Shown piece after piece: positions 8,204 through 18,436 of a DNA stretch of 64,000 nucleotides; the stretch's first letter is position 1, and each line of letters begins with the position of its first letter. Location: positions 544,001 through 608,000 of the forward strand of contig CBDCDS010000003.1 in NCBI GenBank assembly GCA_965215365.1, written 5' to 3'. Both the position numbers and the translations under genes were made by a program. The DNA is from Gammaproteobacteria bacterium (GTDB lineage: Bacteria; Pseudomonadota; Gammaproteobacteria; Eutrophobiales; Eutrophobiaceae). Below the pieces are notes generated by a model. It did not search any database. It was given only the letters and a program-made list of their open reading frames with translations, and had not been told where the DNA came from.

Positions 8204-10588
8204 ATGTTAACGAATAAGTTACACCACACCAATATTCGTGCGGGGGGGCTGGTAGCGGCCTTTGCGTTCGCATTGACATCCTTTGTTCCGCAGTATTCCT
8301 ACGGTCAGGGTGCGCTGGAAGAGATCATCGTCACCGCAAGAAAGCGGGAGGAAAACCTGCAGGAGATTCCGTTGACGGTGAATGCGTTTACCGAAGCGGC
8401 ACTGGAGGCGCGCGGCATCACCTCGTTGCAGGATATTGCCGATTCCACGCCAGGCTTCGACTTTGCTCAGGCCTTCGGCAGGAATGATTTTCGTCCGGTC
8501 ATGAGGGGCCAGTCCAATATTGAGGGGCGCGCCAATGCCGGCCTGTTTTTGGAGGGGATTATCATTGAACAGGGCAACGCTACGATCCCGCTTAGCGCAT
8601 TGGAACGGGTCGAAGTAGTGAAAGGGCCACAGAGCACTCTGTACGGGCGCTCGACCCTAGCCGGCGCCGTCAACTATGTGTTGAAAAAGCCCGGCGATGA
8701 ATTTACAGGTGAAGTGACCGCCGAGTATGGCGAGCGTGACCATGTTCAGGTTGATTTACACGCCAGTGGCCCTATAGGTGAGGCTGCCGGGCTCGCCATC
8801 ACTCTGAGTCACTACGAACGGGGTGGTGAGTATGATAATTACTATCCGGGTAACGTACTGGGAACGCCCGAATACGAAAACGAAGTAGGCGGCGAAGAGA
8901 CCGACAGTTTGACAGCAGTCCTGACTTTCGATCCCACTGATCGTATCAGCCTGCAAGGTCACTTCATGTACGAGGAAACTGACGATGACCACTACGCCTT
9001 TGCCGTGCAACCCGCCAGCGCCAATAATTGCTATCGGGTGCCTCCGGGTACGCAGCCGATGCCGCCTGCAGGAACCCCTGTAGCGAGTGTGCCACGCATA
9101 GGCTCGCCTCATTATGGCGGTAGTGGTTATTATTGTGGGCGTATTGATGTGGACGATGTGCTGGCATACAACGAGGGCAATACCAAATTGGAGACCAGTT
9201 ACTTCAATGACCCGGGCACTGAGTATAAAACTACGCGCTTGGGCTTGAGGGCTGATATGGACGTGACCGATGCGGTTACTCTTACATCAGTGACCGGTTA
9301 CAATAATGTCGAGACACAGTCCAGGTGGGATTTATCCTGGGGCACTGAGGATCTGATCTTTTTTGGTCCCCGTGGCTTTGTCAGAGTAGGGTTTCTCGAC
9401 TCGGATGATGGTGATTTCGATGACTTTTCACAGGAACTGCGTCTGAGCTTTGACGGCGGGAACGCCTTCCGTTCTGTGTTTGGATTCTACTATTACGAAT
9501 CCGATTTCAAAAATCTGGATGGAGGAACTTCCGCATTTTCTGGGGCAATAAAGGAGACCTCTGCTCCATCAACTCTTACTGAGCAAGAGTACATTCAGAG
9601 TTGGTCGGTGTTCGGTTCAGTGGAGTTTGATTTCATGGAAAAAATGACGGTTGGTGCTGAGTTCCGCTATAATGAAGATGATATAGAGAAAGGTGGGGGT
9701 GGCGATACCATAAAACGCTCTTTTGATGCTTTCTTGCCCAAGTTCACTGCGAGCTATAAGGCAAACGACGACTTTATGCTCTACGCTAACATCTCCAAAG
9801 GCAACAAGCCGGGCGACGTGAATATCCAAGAAAATCTCCCTGACTCTGAAAGACCGGTAGATGAAGAAGACGCTTGGAACTTTGAGTTTGGTATAAAATC
9901 CGCTTGGATGGACAACCGTGTCATCGCCAATGCTGCGGTGTACCATATCGACTGGAGCGACCAACAGCTTACCACCACGCGTTTTATCAATAATGAACAG
10001 TTCTCTATCTTGGAAAACATAGGTAAATCCACCGTCACCGGCATCGAGCTTGATCTTGCTGTGCAGTTGACAGACTTCTGGGACGCTCGCATTGGTTATG
10101 CTTGGACCGATACCGAAATTGACGAATTGCTTTATGCGGTGGATGAGGGTGCACAAAGTGTGCCGGGCACTTTCAAAGAGGCAGCCTTGATTTTCGGCTA
10201 TACACCTGATGGCAACGTGTTAATCAGTGGGACGGAACTGCCTCAAACCTCCAAGCACCAGCTGAGCCTGTCCAGTACGTTGCATGGTAACGTCGCGGAT
10301 AGTTGGTCATGGTTCCTGCGCGGCGATTTCAACTATAACTCAAGGCGTTATGACCAAGTATATAATCTGGCTCACACCGGCAGCAGGGAAAGGGTCAATC
10401 TACGCGGTGGCATCAAAAGTGGTAACTTTGATGTTGAGGTCTGGGTAGACAATCTTTTCGACAATGAAACTCCGCCAGCACTGATCCGCTACGCCGAGTT
10501 TGGAGCGTTTTTCTCGACCACCAGGGTCATCGGCGTGACCCTGCCGGAAAAACGGCGCATCGGCGTCACCGCCCGCTACCGGTTCTGA
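8204..10588 (+). CDS. TonB-dependent receptor
   Basis: LEEIIVTARKREE TonB box, ERVEVVKGPQSTLYG plug motif, C-terminal RYRF. Confidence 0.97.
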   Translation: MLTNKLHHTNIRAGGLVAAFAFALTSFVPQYSYGQGALEEIIVTARKREENLQEIPLTVNAFTEAALEARGITSLQDIADSTPGFDFAQAFGRNDFRPVMRGQSNIEGRANAGLFLEGIIIEQGNATIPLSALERVEVVKGPQSTLYGRSTLAGAVNYVLKKPGDEFTGEVTAEYGERDHVQVDLHASGPIGEAAGLAITLSHYERGGEYDNYYPGNVLGTPEYENEVGGEETDSLTAVLTFDPTDRISLQGHFMYEETDDDHYAFAVQPASANNCYRVPPGTQPMPPAGTPVASVPRIGSPHYGGSGYYCGRIDVDDVLAYNEGNTKLETSYFNDPGTEYKTTRLGLRADMDVTDAVTLTSVTGYNNVETQSRWDLSWGTEDLIFFGPRGFVRVGFLDSDDGDFDDFSQELRLSFDGGNAFRSVFGFYYYESDFKNLDGGTSAFSGAIKETSAPSTLTEQEYIQSWSVFGSVEFDFMEKMTVGAEFRYNEDDIEKGGGGDTIKRSFDAFLPKFTASYKANDDFMLYANISKGNKPGDVNIQENLPDSERPVDEEDAWNFEFGIKSAWMDNRVIANAAVYHIDWSDQQLTTTRFINNEQFSILENIGKSTVTGIELDLAVQLTDFWDARIGYAWTDTEIDELLYAVDEGAQSVPGTFKEAALIFGYTPDGNVLISGTELPQTSKHQLSLSSTLHGNVADSWSWFLRGDFNYNSRRYDQVYNLAHTGSRERVNLRGGIKSGNFDVEVWVDNLFDNETPPALIRYAEFGAFFSTTRVIGVTLPEKRRIGVTARYRF

Positions 10589-10630
10589 GCAGGATACAGC
10601 AGTTTCCTCCGATACTTGTCGGGGCTTTAC

Positions 10631-10671
10631 CTGCGGGTGGTTTCGCTGAAACCGCCCGCAGTGTTTTTTTT
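10631..10671 (+). terminator. Rho-independent terminator
   Basis: CTGCGGGTGGTTTC-GCT-GAAACCGCCCGCAG hairpin followed by a T-tract. Confidence 0.85.
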
Positions 10672-10774
10672 CGATGACTTTGAATTTACTGACAGCTCTT
10701 GCCGCTCTAGTGGGCGGTGCTGTATTGGCCAGTTGGACCCGGGCACATACTTGATTTCAAGAATAACAGAGAGT

Positions 10775-11512
10775 ATGAGCATTGACGCGATACGCGCCGA
10801 TCTGGAGCGTTTCCCGGAACCGTTGCATTTACCGTTGCGTTACAACAGCCTGGGCAGCCCGTATGTGACGATCGAAACCGATGGCGCCACCGTCACCCGC
10901 CTAGCTGAAGACTCTCTCATTAACACGTTCCGTCGGGTGCTGCTCGATCCCCTGCGCGGGCTGGTGATGTTGATGTCACCGAGCTCTCGGCACGAGGACC
11001 TTGCCATTGCCACCGATGGTCTGGTCGAAGCGATAACCCGAGTCATGCGTATCGGTTGTACACCGTTGAGAGCGACGCGTTGGGGCGATGACAATCAGGG
11101 CATGGTGGAAGCCGACGAAAGCTATTATATCGGCGCCAAGGCGGATGCTTATCTTGCCGCGAAGAGGGTCGGGCTTCAGGCCGGAGAGCGGTTTACCCGC
11201 GAGCATGTGCCGGATCTGGTCGTCGAAGCCACCGTCACGCACTATGATGCCTACAAGCTGGAAGCATATAAACGCCTAGGTGTGACCGAGTACTGGCAGA
11301 TAAAAGCGGATAAACGGGAAGACCTGCTGAAAGAAGCCGATGTGCTGCTCATGGAGGTGCAATCCGATACGGCTATCGCCGTCTCCGGCCTGTTGCCCGA
11401 GGTCACCCCGGCTCTGCTTGTTGAATGCCTGAACAAGCTGAATGTCACGTCCAGGCATGAGTGGCATGAGGTAGTTAATCAGGTATTGCGCGCGCGGCAT
11501 CATATCTATTGA
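10775..11512 (+). CDS. Uma2 family (DUF820) endonuclease-like protein
   Basis: MSPSSRHE, EADESYYIG, PDLVVEA, KLEAYKRLGVTEYW. Confidence 0.85.
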   Translation: MSIDAIRADLERFPEPLHLPLRYNSLGSPYVTIETDGATVTRLAEDSLINTFRRVLLDPLRGLVMLMSPSSRHEDLAIATDGLVEAITRVMRIGCTPLRATRWGDDNQGMVEADESYYIGAKADAYLAAKRVGLQAGERFTREHVPDLVVEATVTHYDAYKLEAYKRLGVTEYWQIKADKREDLLKEADVLLMEVQSDTAIAVSGLLPEVTPALLVECLNKLNVTSRHEWHEVVNQVLRARHHIY

Positions 11513-11575
11513 CAACGACTGACCTGTGCAAAAACAGATACACCACTTTATTCACACCACCACCGACGAGTACTT

Positions 11576-12448
11576 ATGAAAATTACCTTCACCCTCGCAT
11601 GGGCTGGCGCTGCCCTGCTCGCCAGCGCCAGCCTGTTTGCTCAGATAGATTTTGCCACCGGCACAGGTTACATCCAGGCGCAGCGTAAAATTCATTGCTC
11701 CTTAAAAGACAACGACCCGGTGACCTATATGTGGCAGGGCAGGGGCTATGCGCGGGTGCCGGGGGAACGGGACAAGCTGCTGTTCAAGGTGCTGGGCATG
11801 AACGTGCGCCAGTGCGTCACCGTCAACGATGCGGAGAAGGGCGAAGGATACCGTATGGTGTCACGGGAAATCATGTTGTACCTGGACCCGCAAACCGGAG
11901 AGATATTGCGCGAGTGGGACAACCCCTGGACCGGGGAGACCGTGGCAGTACTGCATGTCGCCAATGACCCGGTGAACCAACCGCCGCATTTCGCGGTGGG
12001 CAGGGACGGCAAGCAACGCCGGTTTGAGCCTATGATGATAGGCGACACCGCGTTTTTGGCGTATGAAATTCCACTGTTTTATACCAACCCGCTGGGCGGA
12101 GACTACCAAAAGTATGTGGGCAACCGCTACCACGCCACAGAGATCTTCGATTTTACCGCCGACATCAACGATATTGCCGACCTGTCTGAAGATACCGCCC
12201 AGGTCAATGTCGCCTGGGTACGTATGGCCCCCTGGCTGCCGTGGATGAAAATGGGCAGCCGCGCCGGGTTGACGTATTTCAACGCAGTTGGTGCCAAGCT
12301 GAACAGCTGGGACGAGCTGCCGGCCTTGATGAAGGATGAAATCAAGGCCAACTACCCGGACTATACCAGCCCGCCCCCGGGTGACGACGCCAGACCGAAC
12401 GAAACCAGTTGGACTTACTTCAAGAAAATCAAGGATGCCGCCGAGTAG
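11576..12448 (+). CDS. DUF1838 family secreted protein
   Basis: Signal peptide; LFKVLGMNVRQC, YLDPQTGEIL..WDNPWTGETV.V.HVANDPVN, WLPWMKMG, PNETSWTYFK. Confidence 0.85.
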   Translation: MKITFTLAWAGAALLASASLFAQIDFATGTGYIQAQRKIHCSLKDNDPVTYMWQGRGYARVPGERDKLLFKVLGMNVRQCVTVNDAEKGEGYRMVSREIMLYLDPQTGEILREWDNPWTGETVAVLHVANDPVNQPPHFAVGRDGKQRRFEPMMIGDTAFLAYEIPLFYTNPLGGDYQKYVGNRYHATEIFDFTADINDIADLSEDTAQVNVAWVRMAPWLPWMKMGSRAGLTYFNAVGAKLNSWDELPALMKDEIKANYPDYTSPPPGDDARPNETSWTYFKKIKDAAE

Positions 12449-12504
12449 CCGGTAGAGGTTCCCTTGGGTCAATCCAGGGGCTTGTCCGGTTGCTCACCCG
12501 AATG

Positions 12505-12639
12505 CTAGGGTCGCGGCGCCAGTAAACCTTCAATACGGCTGACCCGGTCGGCAAGATCATCCAACCGGCTCCCTTGACGCAAGATGAGCCCCGCCAGTGC
12601 GATAGCCGAGCCGATGATCGCAATAAGTTCAGGTGACAT
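12505..12639 (-). CDS. Small TM + coiled-coil protein (MSPELI type)
   Basis: MSPELIAIIGSAIALAGLIL...RVSRIEGLL; AAGGAG RBS. Confidence 0.65.
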   Translation of the reverse strand: MSPELIAIIGSAIALAGLILRQGSRLDDLADRVSRIEGLLAPRP

Positions 12640-12767
12640 AATTTTCTCCTTATTCAACGGTTCAATCATGGTTGTCGTCCCTCCCAAAGTGTGCTGGCAA
12701 TTATAGCAAAAATTTTAAGATGGAGGGCATTTTTGCTATGTAAATTTTGCAAATTTACATACAGTCG

Positions 12768-12807
12768 GGGCGTGCAACACCCTGATCATGAGGGTTTAGA
12801 GGCTACC
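12768..12807 (-). repeat. MITE family A partial copy overlapping the MFS stop codon
   Basis: CACCCTGATCATGAGGGTTTAGAGG matches the arm of the 5962 copy. Confidence 0.75.
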
Positions 12808-14044
12808 TCAATACAGCATTCCGATTCCGGCGTATCAATACGACGATGAGCAGCGCCGACACGGCACACAGGGTTATCAGCAAATCGAAAGCCGGCAGGT
12901 ACGACCCCTGGGCGTCGCGCACAGTGCCCAGGTATTTTATGCCGGCGGCACCGGCAAGGGAGTCCACGGCGGTCATCAGCGCCAGGATCTTGCCGTAGGA
13001 GGCACCGGCGAAATATTCTGCCAGAACCTGCTGGATCATGCTGAACGTCCCGCCGAAACCCATACCGAACACCACCGAGTATGCATACAGCATGAAGAGC
13101 TTGTCGGCGGCGACGAGGCGCAGCAATGCCAGCCCCAGTATCAGGCTCAGGACCGTGCAGAACATGACCCAGAGCTTGGGAAGTTTGTCGCTGAGCCAGC
13201 CGAGCAGCAGTTTACCGATGATGGCGCACCAGAAGAACAGGCTGAATATCAACGGCAACCGGGCTGCGTCCACGCCCAGGTCTTTACCGATGAAGATGGA
13301 CTGGTGCTGGATCATGCTCATCGTGGCGAACCAGAGCGCGCCGGTGACAAACGCCAGCATATAAAACACCGGCATTTTCACAGCTTGTCCCAGAGTCGGC
13401 CCTGCACTTGCCGTCACCGCGACGCCCGCGGTTGCGGCCGGCAAGGCATCGCCGTCCACATTGAGCCCCAGTTCCTCGGGGCGGTTGCGCACCAGCAGCA
13501 AGACTGCGCCTACCATCATCACGCTGCCCAAAATCGCAATCATCAGTGCCGCCTGACGCCAGCCCTGGGTGATCAGCGTCTCCCTGGCGACTAACGGAAA
13601 TATGGCGCCGCCGACGGTGGACCCGGTCAGCAACAGCCCCAGGGCCAGCCCTCGATGACGTTTGAACCAGCGCGTCAGTATCAGCATGTTGGGCACCAGG
13701 CCACAAGCGGCCAGACCCAGGGCAAAGACAATGTAAATCGCAGTCAGCTGGTGCAGGGAGGTGATGGCCGGATAAAAACACAGCGCCGCGATCAGGGCAA
13801 CAATTCCGAGCAGCATGATCATGCGCGTGGAATAGCGGTCAAACAAGGCCCCGATGAACGGCGTGAGCAAGGCTGCCACCACATAAAACAGCGCGGCCGG
13901 GCGCGTCACCTCGGCACTGCTCCAGCCAAACTCGGCGATGAGTTCGGGATAAAATAACGGCAAGGTGTACATCAGTATGCCGTTGTTGGCCGCGTAAATC
14001 AGAAACAGGCCCAACAGCACCCACCACCCGTAGAAAATTTTCAT
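12803..14044 (-). CDS. MFS transporter
   Basis: IFYGWW, GALFDRYSTR, WFKRHRGLA, GWLSDK; about 12 hydrophobic segments. Confidence 0.95.
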   Translation of the reverse strand: MKIFYGWWVLLGLFLIYAANNGILMYTLPLFYPELIAEFGWSSAEVTRPAALFYVVAALLTPFIGALFDRYSTRMIMLLGIVALIAALCFYPAITSLHQLTAIYIVFALGLAACGLVPNMLILTRWFKRHRGLALGLLLTGSTVGGAIFPLVARETLITQGWRQAALMIAILGSVMMVGAVLLLVRNRPEELGLNVDGDALPAATAGVAVTASAGPTLGQAVKMPVFYMLAFVTGALWFATMSMIQHQSIFIGKDLGVDAARLPLIFSLFFWCAIIGKLLLGWLSDKLPKLWVMFCTVLSLILGLALLRLVAADKLFMLYAYSVVFGMGFGGTFSMIQQVLAEYFAGASYGKILALMTAVDSLAGAAGIKYLGTVRDAQGSYLPAFDLLITLCAVSALLIVVLIRRNRNAVLR

Positions 14045-14229
14045 ATCAATAAACCTCTTGAAGGAGGGCACATAAGCAGAGGTTACTTGCTATCGAACGC
14101 ACGCTTTGTCGCCAGTATAGCAGCAATAGCAAACAGGAATCCGGTGGCTGACAAAAACAGCGCGCGCCGTTGCGGTTATTTTCATATAATGGGTGCTTCT
14201 AACCACCTTTTTTGCAAGAGAACAGGACC

Positions 14230-15471
14230 ATGAGCGTCAATTACATAGACGAACACTTGGATGAGGTACGCGCCGAATTCAAACTGCTGGAGCACTGGGT
14301 GTACCTGAACGCAGCCGACCAGATGGTGCCGGGCAATTACTGGCTGCACGCAGTGCGGGAATTTTATAACTATGTCGAGTACGGCCGCATGGAGGACATT
14401 CCGGTTGCCGACATCGCCACCCATCCGTTCCTGTTGCCCAAGTGGGATGAGAGCGTGCGCCTGAGCGCCAAATTCATCAACGCCGACCCGGACGAGGTCA
14501 CCAACGCCTACCGTCCGGCCATCACCACGAACCTGATCCTGTACAACATGATGGAGTGGGAAGCCGGTGACAATGTGGTGATTACCGACCTGTCCTACCC
14601 GTCTATCCCCTACATCCTGCAGGACCTGCGGCGCCGTTACGGCCTCGAGCTCCGGGTGGCGCGTAACGTCAACGGCGAGATTCTCATGGAAGACCTGGAA
14701 CAGCTGGTGGATGGCAACACCCGCATGGTGATCGTGGATCGCACTACGGCGTTCTGCGGCTTCACCTTCGATATGCAGGAAGTCTGCCGCATCGCCCATG
14801 CACAGGGCGCGCTGGTGCTGGACGATGCCATACAAAGCCTGGGCGCGGTGAATATAGACGTGAAAGCCGACGATGTGGACTTCCTGGTATCGGGCGCCTA
14901 CAAGTGGCAGTGCGGCCCGGAGGGCGCCGGCATTTTCTATATCAAGCGCGCCGTGATGGACCGCATCGACGCCCGCTACCGCAACTATATCTGGGCCGAT
15001 GTCCCCGGTTCCATGCCGTTTTCGCACCGCGACCACGACAACATCGAAAGCTGGACCTGTCCCCCGGTCAACAACGCCAACCGCTTCTCGCAGGACACCA
15101 CCATCGGCTCCTCCCTGTTCGGCTGGGTGGCCACGCTCAAGTTTTACGAGAAGATCGGCATCAAAAACGTGGAGGAACGGGTGCGACGCCTCGGTACCTA
15201 TACCATCGAGCGGTTACAGGACATCGGCTGCCGGGTCACCTGCCCCACCGCCCCGAATAAACGCCACGGCCTGATCACCTACACCAGCGGCGATTACGAC
15301 AAGGATCAGGCCTTTTTCGAGCGCTGCGCCGCCCCCGGCCGCTGCCGGAGGCCCATTAAAATCTCCATGCGCACCTTAGGCGGTATCGGCAACCTGCGCG
15401 TCAGCACGCATTTCTTCAACACCGAGGAAGAGATTGACTACCTGATCGATTTGCAGAAGCAGATGCTGTGA
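14230..15471 (+). CDS. Aminotransferase class V PLP-dependent enzyme
   Basis: VYLNAA, LDDAIQSLG, SGAYKWQCGPEG (PLP lysine), LRVSTHFFNTEEEID. Confidence 0.93.
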   Translation: MSVNYIDEHLDEVRAEFKLLEHWVYLNAADQMVPGNYWLHAVREFYNYVEYGRMEDIPVADIATHPFLLPKWDESVRLSAKFINADPDEVTNAYRPAITTNLILYNMMEWEAGDNVVITDLSYPSIPYILQDLRRRYGLELRVARNVNGEILMEDLEQLVDGNTRMVIVDRTTAFCGFTFDMQEVCRIAHAQGALVLDDAIQSLGAVNIDVKADDVDFLVSGAYKWQCGPEGAGIFYIKRAVMDRIDARYRNYIWADVPGSMPFSHRDHDNIESWTCPPVNNANRFSQDTTIGSSLFGWVATLKFYEKIGIKNVEERVRRLGTYTIERLQDIGCRVTCPTAPNKRHGLITYTSGDYDKDQAFFERCAAPGRCRRPIKISMRTLGGIGNLRVSTHFFNTEEEIDYLIDLQKQML

Positions 15472-15492
15472 GCAGCGTCTCTGAAGACAGCC

Positions 15493-16614
15493 TCAGCCAA
15501 GCCTGTCAAGCCATTTTCCCAGCGGCAAGGTGTTAATTCCGTCTTGCTCTTCGGCGCGGTCCAATTGTAGTACAAGTTGTATAGACCGTTCAGGTTGCAA
15601 CTTGTCGGAGTAATACCTGAGGCTGTTACTGATGGTGGTATCCGATTTTTTCACCTCAATCAGGGTATGCACCCGCCGGTTGCGCGTGACCACAAAATCC
15701 ACTTCCCGTTTTTCCTTATCGCGTAGGTAAAACAGGCCCCAGTTCTCCCCGGTGGAATCTTTTCTGAACTGGATATGCTTCAACAGACAACAAGCGACCA
15801 GGTTTTCCAGTTGTGCGCCCTGCGTCTCATCATACGCCGCCGCGCAATCGTAAAAAAACACCCGCTTTTCCTTACGGATGCTGCGGGCGACGCGGCTTGA
15901 ATAGGGCGGCAGCAGAAACACGAGGTAAAGTTTCTCCAACAGTTCCACCCAGCTTCTGACTGTTGGCGGGGATACCCCCAGGTTGCGTGCAAGACCGTCA
16001 TACTTGACCGGTTTGCCCACGCCATCGCGCAGCAATTCCACCAGGTCGGCAGCGCCGCGCCAGGCATTGAGACGAGACAGGTCGCGACTGTCTTCCCTGA
16101 CAACCAGATCCAGCCGATCATTAAGCAGTCGCTGCGCTTCATCCGGATTCAGCAAGGCTTCCGGGAACCCCCCTGTTTGCAGCAATCGCAGCACGCGTTC
16201 GGCGAGGGGAACATCAGGCAGGAAGTATTTCGCTTCGGCGATGTCAACAGGATGCAGCCGGTAGAAATAATGCCTGCCGGTCAAGGCATCCCCGGTTCTG
16301 CGCAACGCATCAAGACGGGCACTGCCGGTGACAAGCACGGGAGGTGTATTGCCGAATTCATCAACCACCCCTTTCAGCAGATTTTTCCACTTGGGCGCCT
16401 TGTGCAATTCATCCAGCACCACCAGCGACGCATCCTTGGGCCAGGCTACCTCCCGAATAATCCTGCGGTCCCTGACGATGTCCCAGTTCAGATATTGACC
16501 CTCCTGGTCCAGCAACGATTTGGCCAGAGTCGTTTTACCACACTGACGCGGCCCGGCCAGGATGACCATTTTTTTATCCAGGTCCGCGCGCAGCTTGGGC
16601 AACAGGTAGCGCAT
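15493..16614 (-). CDS. AAA_14 / DUF4143 ATP-binding protein
   Basis: GPRQCGKTT, VLDELHK, VTGSA, GGFPE, YLRDKEKREVDF, IEVK. Confidence 0.92.
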   Translation of the reverse strand: MRYLLPKLRADLDKKMVILAGPRQCGKTTLAKSLLDQEGQYLNWDIVRDRRIIREVAWPKDASLVVLDELHKAPKWKNLLKGVVDEFGNTPPVLVTGSARLDALRRTGDALTGRHYFYRLHPVDIAEAKYFLPDVPLAERVLRLLQTGGFPEALLNPDEAQRLLNDRLDLVVREDSRDLSRLNAWRGAADLVELLRDGVGKPVKYDGLARNLGVSPPTVRSWVELLEKLYLVFLLPPYSSRVARSIRKEKRVFFYDCAAAYDETQGAQLENLVACCLLKHIQFRKDSTGENWGLFYLRDKEKREVDFVVTRNRRVHTLIEVKKSDTTISNSLRYYSDKLQPERSIQLVLQLDRAEEQDGINTLPLGKWLDRLG

Positions 16615-16673
16615 CCGACCATTATAAATAACAACTTATTTTGGTCAAGACTATTCTGAAGCAGTATTTATTT

Positions 16674-16718
16674 TAGCCCGCATATCTCACCAGGTGATGC
16701 GAAGATCGCGCCGGATTT
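16674..16718 (+). repeat. MITE family B partial copy
   Basis: TA-GCCCGCATATCTCACCAGGTGATGCGAAGATCGCGCCGGATT. Confidence 0.8.
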
Positions 16719-16903
16719 TTTGATGCGCCCCTTCCCCATCCCGGTGGATTTCCTCAAGACATTTCAGTTGCCGGCTAACGGGGAGCGTGACTGATCGGCA
16801 CCTTGCCGCTGCCGGCCTTCACCCGACACAAGCATCAGCTGGAGAGGTCAGCGCACCCCCAACGTCGCCTTGCTTCCTGGCTGCCCGTAGTCTGGCCGGA
16901 GGG

Positions 16904-17025
16904 TGTCCAGGTTCTGTCCAAGTTCAATGCATATGAGACTCAGGGGTGTGCTGTGTGAGTTGTTGATAATACTCCATCGGGGTCAATAAACCCATACCGT
17001 CATGCGGGCGGGTAGGTATTGTAGT
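16904..17025 (-). mobile_element. IS481-like right end with transposase 3' remnant
   Basis: Minus strand encodes RPHDGMGLLTPMEYYQQL (integrase C-terminus), then ...TTGAACTTGGACA end. Confidence 0.75.
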
Positions 17026-17251
17026 GTTCTAATGAGGGGTTATGCGGCTGTACGAGGCCGTCGCGTACCCCGCAGCACTTCCTTGTGCCGCGGGCGTCCC
17101 TGTTAGTCCGCTACCAGATATGCGGGGTGTGTGCGGTTACTGCTAGATAGTACCGTCGGTCTGGCCCGACAGGTTGACCGTCGCGCAGCCCTTGCCGCCC
17201 ATGAACAGGAGGTAGGCGCTGCCGGCGGTCGTCCATTGGTTATTTTCCTCA

Positions 17252-17648
17252 TCAAGACATCCGGTTAATAGCGCGATGATGCCTAGGCCCTGTTTCGTAG
17301 TTCTCTTGGCTTTTATTTTTGTCCGGGGATATTTTGATGAGCGTTTTGCTTTTGCTTTTTGCAAGTTTTGATATCATTTTGGGGACTAGTGGTTCGAGAT
17401 ATTCAGCTTTAACTTCTCGGGCTGATAGAACAACGATTGTAATGGGTAATGTGTTCAGGTTTTGTTGATGTTCCATACTTTTATCAACAGTGATAAGAGC
17501 GTCGAAACCTGCTGTTGCTGCTTTTCTTAGAAGTTCACCGTTTTCTGTTCCTCTCCAGTCCTGCGCGTTGTGTGGTTATCGCCGTGATATGTTCTGGTAA
17601 ATATTTGATTATTTTTCGATCTACAGACTCATCAAGCAACAATTTCAT
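17252..17648 (-). pseudogene. DUF5615 PIN-like toxin, frameshifted
   Basis: MKLLLDESV...QRAG, then a +1 shift to WRGTENGELLRKAATAGFDALITVDKSMEHQQNL. Confidence 0.82.
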
Positions 17649-17678
17649 TTTCTTTCATCTTCTTTACCTTTTGATTAA

Positions 17679-17817
17679 GGCCACCTCTAATTTTTAGAGG
17701 TGGCCTTATGATAACACTGCTGCTCTTTCCACCTAACACACTGCGCTTGATGCGCCCTCGCTGGTCTTGGTGAGATATGCGGGCTAAATACCACGGAGAG
17801 CATTTTTAGAAGTTCCC
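17679..17817. mobile_element. Nested MITE A/B insertion in the DUF433 gene 3' end
   Basis: TTAA on both sides (17675-78 and 17818-21); contains family A ends and a family B segment (17712-17786). Confidence 0.85.
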
Positions 17818-18017
17818 TTAAGCAACTTAATAAAATTAAGAGCTTGTTCACGTGTTACGGTTGGGAAGCTGTCTGTGAAGCCATCCAAGCTGCCACCGTC
17901 TTCAATATATTGAAGCAAATGAGTAATGGGGACTCGGGTTCCGGCAAAGACCGGTGTTCCTCCGAGAATATTCGGGTTGCTGGTGGCAATATCTGTTATT
18001 TGGGTGTAAGTGTTCAT
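17784..18017 (-). CDS. DUF433 antitoxin (C-terminus replaced by MITE sequence)
   Basis: NPNILGGTPVFAGTRVP...FPTVTREQA. Confidence 0.88.
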   Translation of the reverse strand: MNTYTQITDIATSNPNILGGTPVFAGTRVPITHLLQYIEDGGSLDGFTDSFPTVTREQALNFIKLLKGTSKNALRGI

Positions 18018-18174
18018 CGTTTTCTCTATAGCGTTGAATAACCGACGAAAGCTTCTTTATAGTCCATGTCAGCGATTGGGCGGGTCAACGCGAGTTTTCG
18101 GCCGGGGGCAGTGGCTGTCGAGACCAAGTTACCAAACCAGTGTAAGGAGAATTAGATGAACTTGTCAAGAAAAT

Positions 18175-18193
18175 TGTCCAGGTTCAATACATA
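18175..18193 (-). mobile_element. Isolated IS481-like right end
   Basis: TGTCCAGGTTCAATACATA, identical to the ends at 40756 and 42382. Confidence 0.7.
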
Positions 18194-18362
18194 ATTAAAG
18201 CTGTCCCGCGTCACATTGGGGTTAGTGGACGAGAGGATCAGCTTCATGCGGCCGGGCGTGGCGTGGTCGCCGCAGCCGCAGCCGTCCACGACTGGAGAGA
18301 CCGATGCAAGCGTGACGGTGCAGATGCTCGGGTTGCATCCTGCCCGAAATGTTATAGCATTA

Positions 18363-18388
18363 GGGTGCCTCTATTAATAGAGGCTCCC
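18363..18388. repeat. MITE family A minimal copy
   Basis: GGGTGCCTCTATTAATAGAGGCTCCC. Confidence 0.65.
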
Positions 18389-18436
18389 ATTATATCAACT
18401 GTTTCAGGTCCCAACTCACGTAGAGGTTATACATCC

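Noticed and set aside
17110-17250. Small ORF with RBS (MDDRRQRLPP...) between the toxin and the IS remnant
   Set aside because: No recognisable motif; lies in degraded mosaic DNA, so cannot be supported
16720-18350. attC-like CTAAC/GTTAG words suggesting an integron cassette array
   Set aside because: No pairable R/L boxes at cassette spacing and no intI in the window
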